A stretch of DNA of 64,000 nt from Myxococcales bacterium. Lineage in GTDB: Bacteria; Myxococcota_A; UBA9042; JABWCM01; BTVJ01. The translations under genes and the position numbers were made by a program. Each line of letters starts with the position of its first letter. The stretch's first letter is position 1. This document shows positions 46,033 through 56,272 of this stretch, piece by piece. Location of the stretch: contig BTVJ01000013.1 of assembly GCA_045863395.1 (NCBI GenBank), positions 1 to 64,000 of the forward strand, read 5' to 3'. The notes beneath the pieces were generated by a model. It was given only the letters and a program-made list of their open reading frames with translations, was not told where the DNA came from and made no database searches.

Positions 46033-48435
46033 CTATGGACCGGCGGGCACCAGGAAGGACTCGGTCCACTCGGGGCGCGCGGGGACGGGCCCCTGGATGA
46101 GCATCTGCTCCCAGTCGCTGTCCGCGAGGCGCTTGATCTCGGGCACGTCCACCTCGTAGTAGCTGAACACCGGGCCCACGTAGGCCTCCGGGCCGTCGCA
46201 GGTGTCGCTGGTCAGGACCATGAGGTTCACGTTGCCCGTCGCCACATGCAGGACGTTGGGGCCGGGCAGCGGGCCCGAGTTCGGGTTGGTGTGGACGTCC
46301 GCGATGGTCGGGTCCCACTCTCCCGTCTTGTCGCTGTAGGGGTAGAACAGCGTCGGGTACCACCCGCTGAAGATCGGGGCGCCGCACCCCATGTCACCCA
46401 TGACCGTGGTCTTCAGGTACAGCACGTCGTCGTCCGTGAACGCCTCCCCGGCCAGCTCCTTCTCCGCGAGGGCCTTGAGCGACCCCATGTGCTTCTCCCA
46501 GTTGGCGAAGAAGGCGTCCAGGCTGTTGCCCACGCCGGGCACCTGGGCCGCGGCGATGCGCGCCCGCGCGTCGGCGCCCAGCGCCCCGAGGGCCTCGTAC
46601 AGCTCGGGGTAGGGCTCCACGTAGCCGTCCGGGTGCTCGCAGCTCACGCCACCCGTGTAGGACTGCTTGGCGTAGAGGATCGTGTCGTGGCGGAGCTGCG
46701 CCCACGACGCTAGCTGCGTGTTCAGGATCCGGTCCCGCCACGCGGGGGTCCGCATGGGCTCCGGGAACATCTCGTGGGTGGTCGGCGCGTTGAGGGTCCG
46801 CAGCGCCGTCAGCCACCGGTTGTAGAGGTTGCCGCCCCAGAAGGACGCGTCGTACCAGTCCACGAGGAAGCGCAGCGAGTGCAGGTTGCCCTGGTAGGGG
46901 AACTCGTCGAGCATGGGCACGAGGTGCGGGATCACCTGGTCGTTGCCCAGGACGAACAGCGCGTCCAGCGGGTCGGGCAGCACGCGCGGCACCTTGGCCC
47001 CCTTGAAGACCACCGTGTCGTAGACCACGTTCGCGAAGACGTAGCTGTCGACCACGAAGCGCTGCCCGAAGTATGCGAAGGACGGGGGCAGCGGCGTGGG
47101 CTCGCTGCTGAAGGGGTTGGTCTCCAGCCAGTGGCTGTTGATCTTCTGTGCGCCGTACTTGCCGCCGAGCAGGTCGACCGTCAGCGCCTCCCGCGTCTCG
47201 TCGGTCATGCCGGTGATGTCGGTGAGCGCCGCGAATCCGTAGTCCACGGCCAGCAGCCGCACCCCGTCGAGGGTGATGTAGTCCTGGTCGCCCACCATGA
47301 GGCCGATGAGCGAGTCCGCCTTCTGCCAGTCGGGGACCGCGCCGGCGGCGTCCGTGGCGGACGCGAGCAGCCAGGCGGCGGCGAGCTGCCGCACGTGGAA
47401 GGACCACTGCCCGCTGAACGGGTCGAGCTCCATGAACCGGAGGTCAGCGCGCCCGAGCCAGATCATGGCGCGGAAGTAGCGCTCCAGCTCCGGGTCCCCC
47501 TCGTAGTGGCCTCGCGGCTTGAACTGGCTGAAGTCCATCTTCCGCTGGACCCCGAACAAGGTGATGTCGACCATCTGCTCGGCCTTCACCAGATCGAGGA
47601 GCTTCGCCACGTCGGCGTCCACCCCGGTCTTCGACGCCACGGTCTGCCCTGCGAGCAGACTCCGCGCCACGGACAGGAAGAGGTCGGCGTCGCCCTTGGC
47701 CGCGTCGGCCAGCTCGTCCCCAGTCGCAAACCCCACGACCGCGTCGTGGGTGCCGGCGAGCACGCCGTCGATGGCGCCGATGAGGAACTGCTTCTCCAGG
47801 GTCTTGAGGATCTCGTCGTAGCTCGAGTGCAGCGCGTGCAGGATCATGTCCGACGTGACCAGCACCGGCAGGTCCTCTTGATAGATGTGCAGGAGCGCGT
47901 GCCCGAAGCTCTCGTACTGGAGCCGCTCGCTGACCACGAAGCCGTTGTCTTCCACCCGCGCGATCTCCGCCGGGGTCAGCGACAGCGCATTGGCGATGCC
48001 GTCGAAGTACGCGGACGCCGTCGGGTCATAGGTCAGCGCGAAGGGCTGCGGCATGTCGGCCGGGGTGTACTTCGCGACGAAGTCCTCGACGGTCAGCTCG
48101 GCGGCCTCGTCGAGCACCTGGGTCAGCGCCCCTTGGAACTGGGCGTCGGTGGGGCCGACGCGGGGGCCGGGATCCACCGGGATGGTGCCACCGTCGGGCT
48201 GGGGGGCTTGCACGTCGGGTCCGCCAGGCCCGGGGCCCGGACCGGCGTCATCCCCGCCGGGCAGCACGTCCGCTGCGCCCGGCGTGACGTCGGGACCAGC
48301 AAGGCTCGTGTCCGGTGCCCCTGCCTGGGTATCTGCACCGCCCCCTTGGGGGTCGCCCGCCGCGCCCCCGTCAGAGGCTCCCTCGCACCCTGCGCCCACC
48401 AGCGCCACGGCACACGCGATTGCTCTCCACTTCAT
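46033..48435 (-). CDS. DUF3160-family lipoprotein
   Basis: VGAGC lipobox; NGFVV, LPVLVTSDMILH, DFSQFKPRGHY, YFRAMIWLG, GQRFVVDS, LASWAQLRHDTILYAKQ, GYVEPYP, IADVHT, GPVFSYYE. Confidence 0.88.
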   Translation of the reverse strand: MKWRAIACAVALVGAGCEGASDGGAAGDPQGGGADTQAGAPDTSLAGPDVTPGAADVLPGGDDAGPGPGPGGPDVQAPQPDGGTIPVDPGPRVGPTDAQFQGALTQVLDEAAELTVEDFVAKYTPADMPQPFALTYDPTASAYFDGIANALSLTPAEIARVEDNGFVVSERLQYESFGHALLHIYQEDLPVLVTSDMILHALHSSYDEILKTLEKQFLIGAIDGVLAGTHDAVVGFATGDELADAAKGDADLFLSVARSLLAGQTVASKTGVDADVAKLLDLVKAEQMVDITLFGVQRKMDFSQFKPRGHYEGDPELERYFRAMIWLGRADLRFMELDPFSGQWSFHVRQLAAAWLLASATDAAGAVPDWQKADSLIGLMVGDQDYITLDGVRLLAVDYGFAALTDITGMTDETREALTVDLLGGKYGAQKINSHWLETNPFSSEPTPLPPSFAYFGQRFVVDSYVFANVVYDTVVFKGAKVPRVLPDPLDALFVLGNDQVIPHLVPMLDEFPYQGNLHSLRFLVDWYDASFWGGNLYNRWLTALRTLNAPTTHEMFPEPMRTPAWRDRILNTQLASWAQLRHDTILYAKQSYTGGVSCEHPDGYVEPYPELYEALGALGADARARIAAAQVPGVGNSLDAFFANWEKHMGSLKALAEKELAGEAFTDDDVLYLKTTVMGDMGCGAPIFSGWYPTLFYPYSDKTGEWDPTIADVHTNPNSGPLPGPNVLHVATGNVNLMVLTSDTCDGPEAYVGPVFSYYEVDVPEIKRLADSDWEQMLIQGPVPARPEWTESFLVPAGP

Positions 48436-48473
48436 GACCTTCCCTCATCGGCAGATGTCTGAGGGCCCGGCGC

Positions 48474-48489
48474 TGCAATGACCGTGCCC
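48474..48489 (-). promoter_or_regulatory. Sigma-54 promoter GGGCACGGTCATTGCA
   Basis: GGCACG-N4-TTGCA about 39 nt upstream of ATG 48435; imperfect inverted repeat TGTGTGCAC/GTCTACACA at 48527-48547. Confidence 0.75.
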
Positions 48490-48565
48490 GCGCAACTGGC
48501 CGAGAATTGGGGCCAACCCAACCTCGTGTGTGCACTATGTCTACACAGAGAGAAGATACGACCCG

Positions 48566-49210
48566 TCAGCTCCGCAGGATCCAGGCCGCGATCAGGGGCA
48601 GGAGGAACCCCGCCACGAGGAGGATGCCCCCGCGCCCCCGCAGCCCGTGCCGTCCGCGGACGATCAGCGCCCCGGAGACCCCGAGGAAGATCAGGGCGAC
48701 GGCATAGCCGTCCGCGATCCAGGTCCAGGCGCCGCGCCCCTCGTTGAGGTGGAGGAAGTTGAAGTCCCGCAGGAGGGGCCGATCCCGACTCACGACGTGC
48801 TCCGCCGCCCCAGTCGACAGGGTGTACTCCACCACGTCGCGCTCGCCGGTCTCGAAGTGCATGCTCAGGTGGTCCGGCCCCCGCCAGAACAGGTTCTTGG
48901 GCGGCGCCTTCCGGCCCAGCGCCTGCCCGACCCGCTCGGCGAGCACCGCGACCTCCGGGTCGGAGACGCTCTTGGGGTCCGCCCTGAGCGCCGAGAGACG
49001 CGCGGGAGCCAGGTCGGAGAGCAGCTCGGCGGGACCGCCCACCGTCACGACCTCCACCGACGTGCTCCGGTTGTAGTCCCAGTCCTGCCGGTGGTTCACG
49101 GCGATGCCGCTGACCGCGTAGACCAGCGTGAGGCCGACGGCGAGGAACCCCACGTCGCGGTGGAGCCAGGCGAGGGTCGCCCGCCACCGCCGCCGCCGCA
49201 CCTCGGTCAT
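48566..49210 (-). CDS. PepSY-associated TM helix domain protein
   Basis: WLHRDVGF...SGIAVNH and NFLHLN...WTWIADGYA motifs, three TM segments. Confidence 0.85.
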   Translation of the reverse strand: MTEVRRRRWRATLAWLHRDVGFLAVGLTLVYAVSGIAVNHRQDWDYNRSTSVEVVTVGGPAELLSDLAPARLSALRADPKSVSDPEVAVLAERVGQALGRKAPPKNLFWRGPDHLSMHFETGERDVVEYTLSTGAAEHVVSRDRPLLRDFNFLHLNEGRGAWTWIADGYAVALIFLGVSGALIVRGRHGLRGRGGILLVAGFLLPLIAAWILRS

Positions 49211-49214
49211 GGCG

Positions 49215-49928
49215 CTACCGGTACTCGGCGCCCGTGGCGCGCACGATGACCTGCTTGACGGGCGCGTCGCCCTGGATGGCCGACGGGTCGCCCACCCGGT
49301 AGTCCTTCGCGTAGTGCCGGGCCGCTGCCGCCGGCAGATCGACCAGCTCGGCGACGCCCTCGGTGACCACCTTCCGCCCGACGGACCCAGCCGGCACCAG
49401 GAAGGTCGGCGCCGCGATGACGCGCACCACCGCACCGGAGCGGTCCCCGTCGTCCACCACCCCGAACCAGCCGCGCTTGTGGTGGCACATGGCCGAGACG
49501 TTGCCCTCCAGGCGCACGGTCTTGCCCGCCCACGCCTCCGGGTCCTCGATGAGGTCCTTCACGCGGACGACCTCGGCACCGGCGAGGGCCAGCCCCGCGC
49601 CGGTGACCGTCGCGCCGGTGTCCGGGTCCGTCGTAGTGCGCTCGTCGGGGTGCTGGATGGGCTTGCCCGCGAACTCACCGCACGTGCCCGGAGCAGCCTG
49701 CCCACACCCTTCGCCGCTCGACGAGCCCTGGGTTGCGGGGGCCTGGGCCGCTGCCACGGGGGTGACCTCCGCGACCACCGGCGCCGCCTGGGCGGGCGCG
49801 GGTTGTACTCCCTGGGCGGGCGCAGGCTGCACTGCCTGCGCCACCGCTGCACCCTGCGCTCCCTGGACCGGGGCACCCTGCCCGCCACACGCCGTGCCGA
49901 GCACCACGAACACCAACCACCGCTTCAT
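49215..49928 (-). CDS. Lipoprotein with OB-fold-like (DUF4920-like) domain
   Basis: LGTAC lipobox, Gln/Ala/Pro linker, VRLEGNVSAMCHHKRGW, IVRATGAE. Confidence 0.75.
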   Translation of the reverse strand: MKRWLVFVVLGTACGGQGAPVQGAQGAAVAQAVQPAPAQGVQPAPAQAAPVVAEVTPVAAAQAPATQGSSSGEGCGQAAPGTCGEFAGKPIQHPDERTTTDPDTGATVTGAGLALAGAEVVRVKDLIEDPEAWAGKTVRLEGNVSAMCHHKRGWFGVVDDGDRSGAVVRVIAAPTFLVPAGSVGRKVVTEGVAELVDLPAAAARHYAKDYRVGDPSAIQGDAPVKQVIVRATGAEYR

Positions 49929-50110
49929 GTGATCACCTCAGAGAGTGGGCGGACCCGGACAGGAGCTGCCCCCGGACACGGGCCACCGTGAGACCGCCGG
50001 CGTCGAGCCGACGCGGACAGAGCCTCCTGCCACACCATGAGGTGCACAATCAAGGGCATGTCGACCTGGCTGGACTTCGCGAGGCGGGTGGCGCGGAGGG
50101 GAAGCGGAGG

Positions 50111-51403
50111 TCAGGGGGCCTTGCTGCACACGTTGGTGGTGCCGCAGCCGCCACCGCAGCCGCCGTTCGGGTCACAGAAGTCCCAGCAGATCCACTGCTG
50201 GGTGCAGACGGCGCCCGGCCCGCAGTCCATGTCCGACTTGCACTCATTCGGAGGATTGCACCCTGGCCAGTCGATGACGCCGTCGCCATCGTTGTCGATC
50301 CCGTCACAGACCTCGATGTCGGCGGGCGGCACGCACATGCCGTAGGCGACGAAGCAAGGCGCGCAGGGCTTGTTCGGCTCGCAGGGCGGGCAGGCGCCGC
50401 CGCCGCCCGTGTAGTCGCAGGTCCACCCGGCGGGGCAGTCGTAGTCGCTCATGCACTCCGCGCCACCGCAGACCCCGCCCTCGTCCACCTGCCCGTCCCC
50501 GTCGTTGTCGAGGCCATCGCAGATCTCGTTGGCGTAGCCCACGCACACGCCGTAGGGCGGCATGCACGGCGGGCAGATGCCGTTGTCGCAGGGCGGACAG
50601 TAGTAGTCGCTGGCGGCGTAATCGCACCACGTCCCGGCCGGGCACTCCCAGTCGTTCCAGCACTGCTGGTTCAGGGGCTGGCAGGTGCCGCCCTGGTACA
50701 AGCACGGAGCGCAGGTGCCGTTGGGATCGCAGGGCGGGCACGCGCCGCCGCCGGCCTCTCCGTCACAGTACCAGCCGGCGGGGCAGTCCCCGTCGCTCCA
50801 GCACTCGGAGCCGCAGACGCCGTCCTCGTCCACCCAGCCGTCGCCGTCGTTGTCGAGGCCGTCGCAGATCTCGGCGCTCGAAGCCACGCAGATCCCCATC
50901 CAGGGGGCGCCACAGGGCTCGCAGGGCTTGCCGGCCTCGCAGGGCGGGCACCAGATTAGCGCGTCACTGGCCCCGCCCGCGTACTGGCACGTCATGCCCT
51001 TGGGGCAGTCGTAGTCCGACCAGCACTCGGTGGACGTGTTGTCTACGCAGATGCCGGTACACACCGCGAGGCAATCGAAGCTGCCGCCGCAGCCTGGGTC
51101 AGGGCCGCACGCGCCGTCATCCACGGTGCAGTGCTTGCCGGGACCACACTGGGAGGAGCTGTAGCAGACGTCGGCCGGGGGCTCGTCGCACACCCACTGG
51201 CACCCGGCGTCCACGCACGCCCACCCTCCGTCGCAGGCGACGTCGGCGGGCGCGGGACCGCCGCACTCGGAGTCCTTCTCGCAGATCAGCTCCTTCGGAG
51301 TGGGGACGCACTGCTTGGACTTGGCAGCGATCAGGAGCAGCGCCGCCCCGGCAAGGAGCAGCGGGACGACACGCGCGGCGCGGGACGCTCTCTTGGACGA
51401 CAT
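50111..51403 (-). CDS. Secreted Cys-rich protein with three E(I/V)CDGxDNDGDG putative metal-binding repeats
   Basis: AGGAGG RBS, hydrophobic N-terminus, alternating ECxxDxDCP / CPPCxxxxxCxPC / EICDGLDNDGDG modules. Confidence 0.85.
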   Translation of the reverse strand: MSSKRASRAARVVPLLLAGAALLLIAAKSKQCVPTPKELICEKDSECGGPAPADVACDGGWACVDAGCQWVCDEPPADVCYSSSQCGPGKHCTVDDGACGPDPGCGGSFDCLAVCTGICVDNTSTECWSDYDCPKGMTCQYAGGASDALIWCPPCEAGKPCEPCGAPWMGICVASSAEICDGLDNDGDGWVDEDGVCGSECWSDGDCPAGWYCDGEAGGGACPPCDPNGTCAPCLYQGGTCQPLNQQCWNDWECPAGTWCDYAASDYYCPPCDNGICPPCMPPYGVCVGYANEICDGLDNDGDGQVDEGGVCGGAECMSDYDCPAGWTCDYTGGGGACPPCEPNKPCAPCFVAYGMCVPPADIEVCDGIDNDGDGVIDWPGCNPPNECKSDMDCGPGAVCTQQWICWDFCDPNGGCGGGCGTTNVCSKAP

Positions 51404-51453
51404 GGGGGGACCTCCTGGGTGCACATCGGGTTGTACCATCGCGGTGGGCGTCG

Positions 51454-51469
51454 AGCAACATGCGTGCCA
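51454..51469 (-). promoter_or_regulatory. Sigma-54 promoter TGGCACGCATGTTGCT
   Basis: Exact TGGCACG-N4-TTGCW consensus about 50 nt upstream of ATG 51403. Confidence 0.85.
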
Positions 51470-51566
51470 GACGTGGCGGCAGAACTCCGAGGGCACAGGT
51501 GGCGGCCAGGCGTGACGGCCCCCGCGAGGGGGCCCCTCAAGCCACGGGCCACGCACGGGCATCTCA

Positions 51567-51598
51567 TCGCCACATGGTGTAGCGAAACTCGCCACACC
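51567..51598. promoter_or_regulatory. Candidate enhancer: GGTGTAGCGA-AAC-TCGCCACACC plus a second TCGCCACA half-site
   Basis: 9/10 inverted repeat about 110 nt upstream of the sigma-54 site; TCGCCACA repeated 22 bp apart. Confidence 0.55.
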
Positions 51599-51675
51599 CC
51601 CACTTGGCGCCGACAGGGCACGCTGTGCTATCCTGCCGGGCGCCGCGGCATCCAGCACCAGGAGGCACATCGCTC

Positions 51676-53418
51676 GTGAGACGGTATCGCATGGTGGTCG
51701 CGCTGACCTGGCTCGGTCTGGCGGCGTGCAACGACGGGGGATCCTCCGACCAGGGCAACGGTGGCATCGTCGACTCGGGAGCCGCCCAGGATGCGGCGAC
51801 CGATCTCGCCGCCGACGTCCCGACAGGCGGGGAGGACACCTCCGGACCGGACGCGAGCGACGAGGACGCCGGCGAGCTGCCGGACGCGGCCCCGGACGCG
51901 GCCCCCGACACGGCGGATGCAGCGCCCGACGTCGCGGCGGACACCGGCCCCGACCCGACCTCCTGCGTGGTCCTCGGGTGCGACACCAGCCAGGACACCG
52001 CCTGCCGCACCGCCAAGTGCGTCCCCGAGACCGGCAAGTGCATCCAGGCCTTCGAGCCGAGCGGCAAGCCGTGCAACGACGGGGACCCGGGCACAGAGAA
52101 CGACGCCTGCTACGACGGGGTGTGCAAGGGCCAGGTCGCAACGTGCGTCTGCAACGTGGACGCAGACTGCAAGAGCTACGACGACGGCAACCTGTGCAAC
52201 GGCATCTTCGTGTGCTCCGCGTGCAAGTGCGTTGTAGACCCGGGCTCCATCGTGGCCTGCGACACGTCCAGCGACGACCAGTGCAACGCGACGGTCTGCA
52301 AGCCGGCCACGGGCAAGTGCGAGAAGGCGCCGGCCCTCAATGGCACGTCGTGCGACGACGGCGACGTCTGCTCCAAGGGCGACAAGTGCACCGGAGGAGT
52401 GTGCGGGGGCAGCCTGCCAGCCGACCACTGCGCCTCCGACGCCGAGTGCGCCGCCTTCGACGACGGGGACGTCTGCAACGGCGTGTGGACCTGCCAGACG
52501 GACGGGCTCGGCTGCGGCCACTGCCTCTATGCGCCCGAGACGCTGGTGACCTGCGACACGGCGGGCCTCCCCCCGTGCGTCAAGGCCGAGTGCATCCCCG
52601 CGACCGGCGAGTGCGAGCAGCAGCCCGTGTTCAACGGCGCCTTCTGCAAGCTCGGCGATGGGAGCACGGGCAACTGCCTGAACGGGACGTGCCTGTCCAA
52701 GGCGCCCCCGTGCGTCTGCGAGTACCCGGGCGCGTGCGACGACGGAGACCCCTGCACTGCCGACACCTGCACCGGCTGCGCCTGCACGCACACGGCCATC
52801 GCCGGCTGCTGCACGTCGGACGCGAGCTGCGACGACCTGGATCCATGCACGACCGACCACTGCACCCCGTCGGGCTGCGCCTCCACGCCCGTCGCCTGCT
52901 ACATGACGGACCCGAGCTGTCCGAGCGCGACGGACATCGATCCCCTGTGCTGCGACGCCGTCGCGCAATGCGAGGACGGCCTGCCCTCGACCGCACACAC
53001 GTGTGTCGACCACCGCTGCGACGACTCGCTCGTCGAGTGTACCTGCACGACCGACCTCGACTGCGACGACGGGAACCTCTGCACCACCGAGACCTGCAAC
53101 GGCTGCGTGTGCGAGGTGGCCCCCATCGCTGGGTGCTGTGCGGGCGACGGCGACTGCGACGACGGCGACCCCTGCACGGTGGACGCCTGCGAGGCGGACA
53201 GCACGTGCTCACACACTCCGAGCGGCGTCCCCCTGTGCTGCGCCACCTCCTCGGACTGCGGGGGCACGCTCGTGTGCTGGGCCGGCACCTGCGCGCTGAA
53301 GCCGAGCTGCGCCGACGGGTGCAAGACGCCCGCCGACTGCAACGACGGCGACCCCTGGACCCTGGACACCTGCGCGACCGGACCCCAGGGCTGTGGCGTG
53401 TGCCACCACACCAAGTAG
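51676..53418 (+). CDS. Cys-rich repeat lipoprotein
   Basis: LGLAAC lipobox, DAAPD linker, many CDDGxxCT / DDGNLCNG repeats. Confidence 0.85.
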   Translation: MRRYRMVVALTWLGLAACNDGGSSDQGNGGIVDSGAAQDAATDLAADVPTGGEDTSGPDASDEDAGELPDAAPDAAPDTADAAPDVAADTGPDPTSCVVLGCDTSQDTACRTAKCVPETGKCIQAFEPSGKPCNDGDPGTENDACYDGVCKGQVATCVCNVDADCKSYDDGNLCNGIFVCSACKCVVDPGSIVACDTSSDDQCNATVCKPATGKCEKAPALNGTSCDDGDVCSKGDKCTGGVCGGSLPADHCASDAECAAFDDGDVCNGVWTCQTDGLGCGHCLYAPETLVTCDTAGLPPCVKAECIPATGECEQQPVFNGAFCKLGDGSTGNCLNGTCLSKAPPCVCEYPGACDDGDPCTADTCTGCACTHTAIAGCCTSDASCDDLDPCTTDHCTPSGCASTPVACYMTDPSCPSATDIDPLCCDAVAQCEDGLPSTAHTCVDHRCDDSLVECTCTTDLDCDDGNLCTTETCNGCVCEVAPIAGCCAGDGDCDDGDPCTVDACEADSTCSHTPSGVPLCCATSSDCGGTLVCWAGTCALKPSCADGCKTPADCNDGDPWTLDTCATGPQGCGVCHHTK

Positions 53419-53526
53419 CCTGAGCGCTTCGGAGCCGGAGCTCGCGAGGCGATCTGGGAGAGCGACGCGGTTGCGGCCGCCCCCCGTTCGCGGAACCCTT
53501 GGCCGGCCGACTCTCCGGAGGGCGAC

Positions 53527-55599
53527 ATGAGCACGAAGACCACCTACCTCTGCCCGCACTGCAACCTGTCCTTCGACCTGGCAGACGGAGAGCCGGAGCG
53601 CTGCCCCAAGTGCCTGCGCCGGAGCGGGGTGGCCCCGGTCAGCGCCCTCGCGGACGGACCCTCCCGGCCCCGGCGAATCGGCGGGCGCCAGGTCGTGGTC
53701 CTGACCCTGGTCGTGGGCGCCTTGATCGCGGGCCTCGTCGTGTTCCTCGTGGGGCGAGGCAAGAAGGGCGCCCCCCTGCACGCGCTGGCAGGGGACAGCG
53801 GCCTCTCGGCGGAGCTGGCAGCGGCGGGCATCGCCCCGGACGCCGCGCCGGACCCGCTGGCGGCCGGGGAGGCGGTGCGGGCCCTCGCGGCATCCCTGGA
53901 CGCCGAGGGCAGCGACCACCGCGCACGAGCCGAGAGCCTCCTCGCATCGGTCCGTGGCCTGACGCGGAGCGGCGCCCTCACTCTGGAGCCCTTCGGAGAC
54001 CGGCCGCCAGCGAGCGCCCCCACCACCGCCGAGGAGCTGGCCGCGACGAAGGGCGCCGCCGACCCGTGGGAGATGGCGGCGCTCTTCCACGCAGTGGCCC
54101 GCGCCAAGGGCATCGACGTGCGCCTCGCCGAGCGGACCACGACGCGCAACGCCGCGACCAGCATCCGGCGGAAGGAGCTCGGCGTCCTGGCGGGCCCCGA
54201 AGGCGATGCTCGCTTCCTGGACCCGTGGAACGGCGTCACGGATCAGGCAGCCGGCGCGCGCCCGCTGACACCGGGACAGTTCGTGGCCTACGGGCTCGGC
54301 CTGCGGGCCCTGTGGGCGCAGGGGCGGGGCGACAAGGCGGCGGCCGCGGAGGACGCCGCGAACGCCCTCAAGCTCTTCCCGGACAGCCCGGCGATCCTCT
54401 TCTTGAAGGGGCAGCTCGAGCTGGAGGCAGGGGGCGGCGACATCGGCCTCCAGAGCATGGAGAAGGCCGTCTCGAGCGCCCCGGACGGCCTCGGGTGGTA
54501 CAACCTCGGCGCCGCCTACGCCAGAAATGAGAGCAACTTCAAGGCGTTCCAGGCGTTTCAGCGAGCGGTGGAGGTGGACCCGCGCTACGCCCCGGCCCAC
54601 CTGGCCATCGGCAACATGGAGCTGATCCGCGCGGCCCAGGCGCCCGAGGATCAGGTGGCGGAGCGCCTCAAGGGCGCCGAGGACGCCTTCACCAAGGCGA
54701 AGGAGGCCGACCCCAACGTCTCGGGCCTGGCGGTGTCCGAGGCGCAGCTCCTCCTGATGCGCGAGAAGCCCGAGGAGGCCCAAGCGCGCCTCCGGAAGGC
54801 CATCGAGGAGCAGCCCAAGGAGCCGGATCCCTATGTGATGCTGGGGCAGATGCTCTTCGACGGGGACGAGCGGGAGGAGGGGCTGACCCTCATCGAGAGG
54901 GGCGCGCTGCTCGCCCCGGAGCGCCCTGAGCTGCGCCACGTGCTCCCCGGCGCCTACGCGACCACCCAGGACTGGAAGCGCGCCGTGCAGACGTGGCGCT
55001 CGCTGCTCGCGGCCGCCCCGGAGGCCCGGGACGTGCGGCTCCACCTGGCGACGGCGCTGCGGGAAAGCGGCGACCGCACCGCGTCGCGCACCATCCTGGA
55101 AGAGCAGGTCCAGCGGTTCCCCGACGACACCCTGTCCAAGTCGCTGCTGGCGCAGCTCCTGCTGAACGCGAAGGAGCTCCAGCCTGCCATCGCCCTGCTG
55201 CGGGACGTGACGGCGCGCGAGGGCAGCCTGGAGGCGCGCATCCTCCTCTACTACGCACTCCGGCAGGCGGGCGAGGCGGACGCCGACGCCGTGCTCGACC
55301 AGATCGCCGCGAGGCACGAGGACGGGCGCCTCGTGACCGCCCAGGTGCTGCTGGAGCAGGGGGCCGTGCCCCTCGCCATCGACGTGCTGCGCGGCGCCCT
55401 GGAGAAGGACGCCGCCGACCACCGGCCCGCAGTCATGCTGGCGACGGCGCTGCGCGCGACGGGAAAGGCCGACGAGGCCGCCAGGGTGCGAGCCGACGCC
55501 GTCGCCCGCGCCCCGGAGGACAAGCGCGCGGCCATCGAGGGGGAGTTCGATGAGGCGTTCCAGCAGATCGACGCCATGACGCGGCCGGAGTCGCCGTGA
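53527..55599 (+). CDS. Zn-ribbon + TM + degenerate transglutaminase-like + TPR protein
   Basis: CPHC...CPKC, TM helix, AALFHAVARAKGI...FLDPWNG, multiple TPR units. Confidence 0.8.
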   Translation: MSTKTTYLCPHCNLSFDLADGEPERCPKCLRRSGVAPVSALADGPSRPRRIGGRQVVVLTLVVGALIAGLVVFLVGRGKKGAPLHALAGDSGLSAELAAAGIAPDAAPDPLAAGEAVRALAASLDAEGSDHRARAESLLASVRGLTRSGALTLEPFGDRPPASAPTTAEELAATKGAADPWEMAALFHAVARAKGIDVRLAERTTTRNAATSIRRKELGVLAGPEGDARFLDPWNGVTDQAAGARPLTPGQFVAYGLGLRALWAQGRGDKAAAAEDAANALKLFPDSPAILFLKGQLELEAGGGDIGLQSMEKAVSSAPDGLGWYNLGAAYARNESNFKAFQAFQRAVEVDPRYAPAHLAIGNMELIRAAQAPEDQVAERLKGAEDAFTKAKEADPNVSGLAVSEAQLLLMREKPEEAQARLRKAIEEQPKEPDPYVMLGQMLFDGDEREEGLTLIERGALLAPERPELRHVLPGAYATTQDWKRAVQTWRSLLAAAPEARDVRLHLATALRESGDRTASRTILEEQVQRFPDDTLSKSLLAQLLLNAKELQPAIALLRDVTAREGSLEARILLYYALRQAGEADADAVLDQIAARHEDGRLVTAQVLLEQGAVPLAIDVLRGALEKDAADHRPAVMLATALRATGKADEAARVRADAVARAPEDKRAAIEGEFDEAFQQIDAMTRPESP

Positions 55600-56225
55600 A
55601 CGACTTCCGCGCGGCCGTCGCGGACGGCGCCGCCGCCCTGGGCGTGCCCGTGGACGCCGCCGCGCTCGACCGCATGGCGATCCATCAGGTGACCCTCGCG
55701 CGGTGGGCTCCCCGGGTGAACCTGGTGGCCGACGCGAGCCCGGCGGCGACGGCCGAGCGCCACTTCGTCGACTCCCTGGCGCTGCTCCGCCTGCTCGACC
55801 ACCTGGACGCGCCGATCACGGACATCGGGGCGGGCGCGGGCTTCCCGGGCCTCGTCCTGGCGGCTGCGCGCCCGAGGCCGGTGACCCTCGTCGAGCCCCT
55901 CCAGAGGCGGTCCGCCTTCCTTGCGACGGCCGCGGCCGCCATGGGCCTGCGGGTCCGGGTGCGCACCGAGCGCCTGGAGGCCCTGCCCGACGCCTCGGAG
56001 ACGCTGCTCGTGTCTCGGGCCACCCTGCCCCACCGGGAGTGGCTCGTCGCCGCAGCGCGGGTCGTGGCGCCTGGGGGCTGGGTGGTGTGGATGGGCACTC
56101 CGGGGGCGGACGCGCCGGAGCCGGGCCCCGACCTGGCCGAGGCGGCGCGGGACACCTTCAGCCTCCCGAGCGGCGCGCCCCGGCTGAACGTGCTTTACCG
56201 GTCGTTGCGACCCGCACGGGGCTGA
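55596..56225 (+). CDS. rsmG: 16S rRNA (guanine-N7)-methyltransferase RsmG
   Basis: VNLV, RHFVDSL, DIGAGAGFPG, LVEP..RR..FL, VSRA. Confidence 0.92.
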   Translation: MNDFRAAVADGAAALGVPVDAAALDRMAIHQVTLARWAPRVNLVADASPAATAERHFVDSLALLRLLDHLDAPITDIGAGAGFPGLVLAAARPRPVTLVEPLQRRSAFLATAAAAMGLRVRVRTERLEALPDASETLLVSRATLPHREWLVAAARVVAPGGWVVWMGTPGADAPEPGPDLAEAARDTFSLPSGAPRLNVLYRSLRPARG

Positions 56226-56272
56226 TCTATCCTTCGGCTCGCAGAGCGCAGACACGAGGACGGGCGAGGCGC

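Noticed and set aside
49930..50110. Riboswitch upstream of the DUF4920/PepSY genes
   Set aside because: No cobalamin-box or other recognisable aptamer motifs by eye; an Infernal/Rfam search would be decisive
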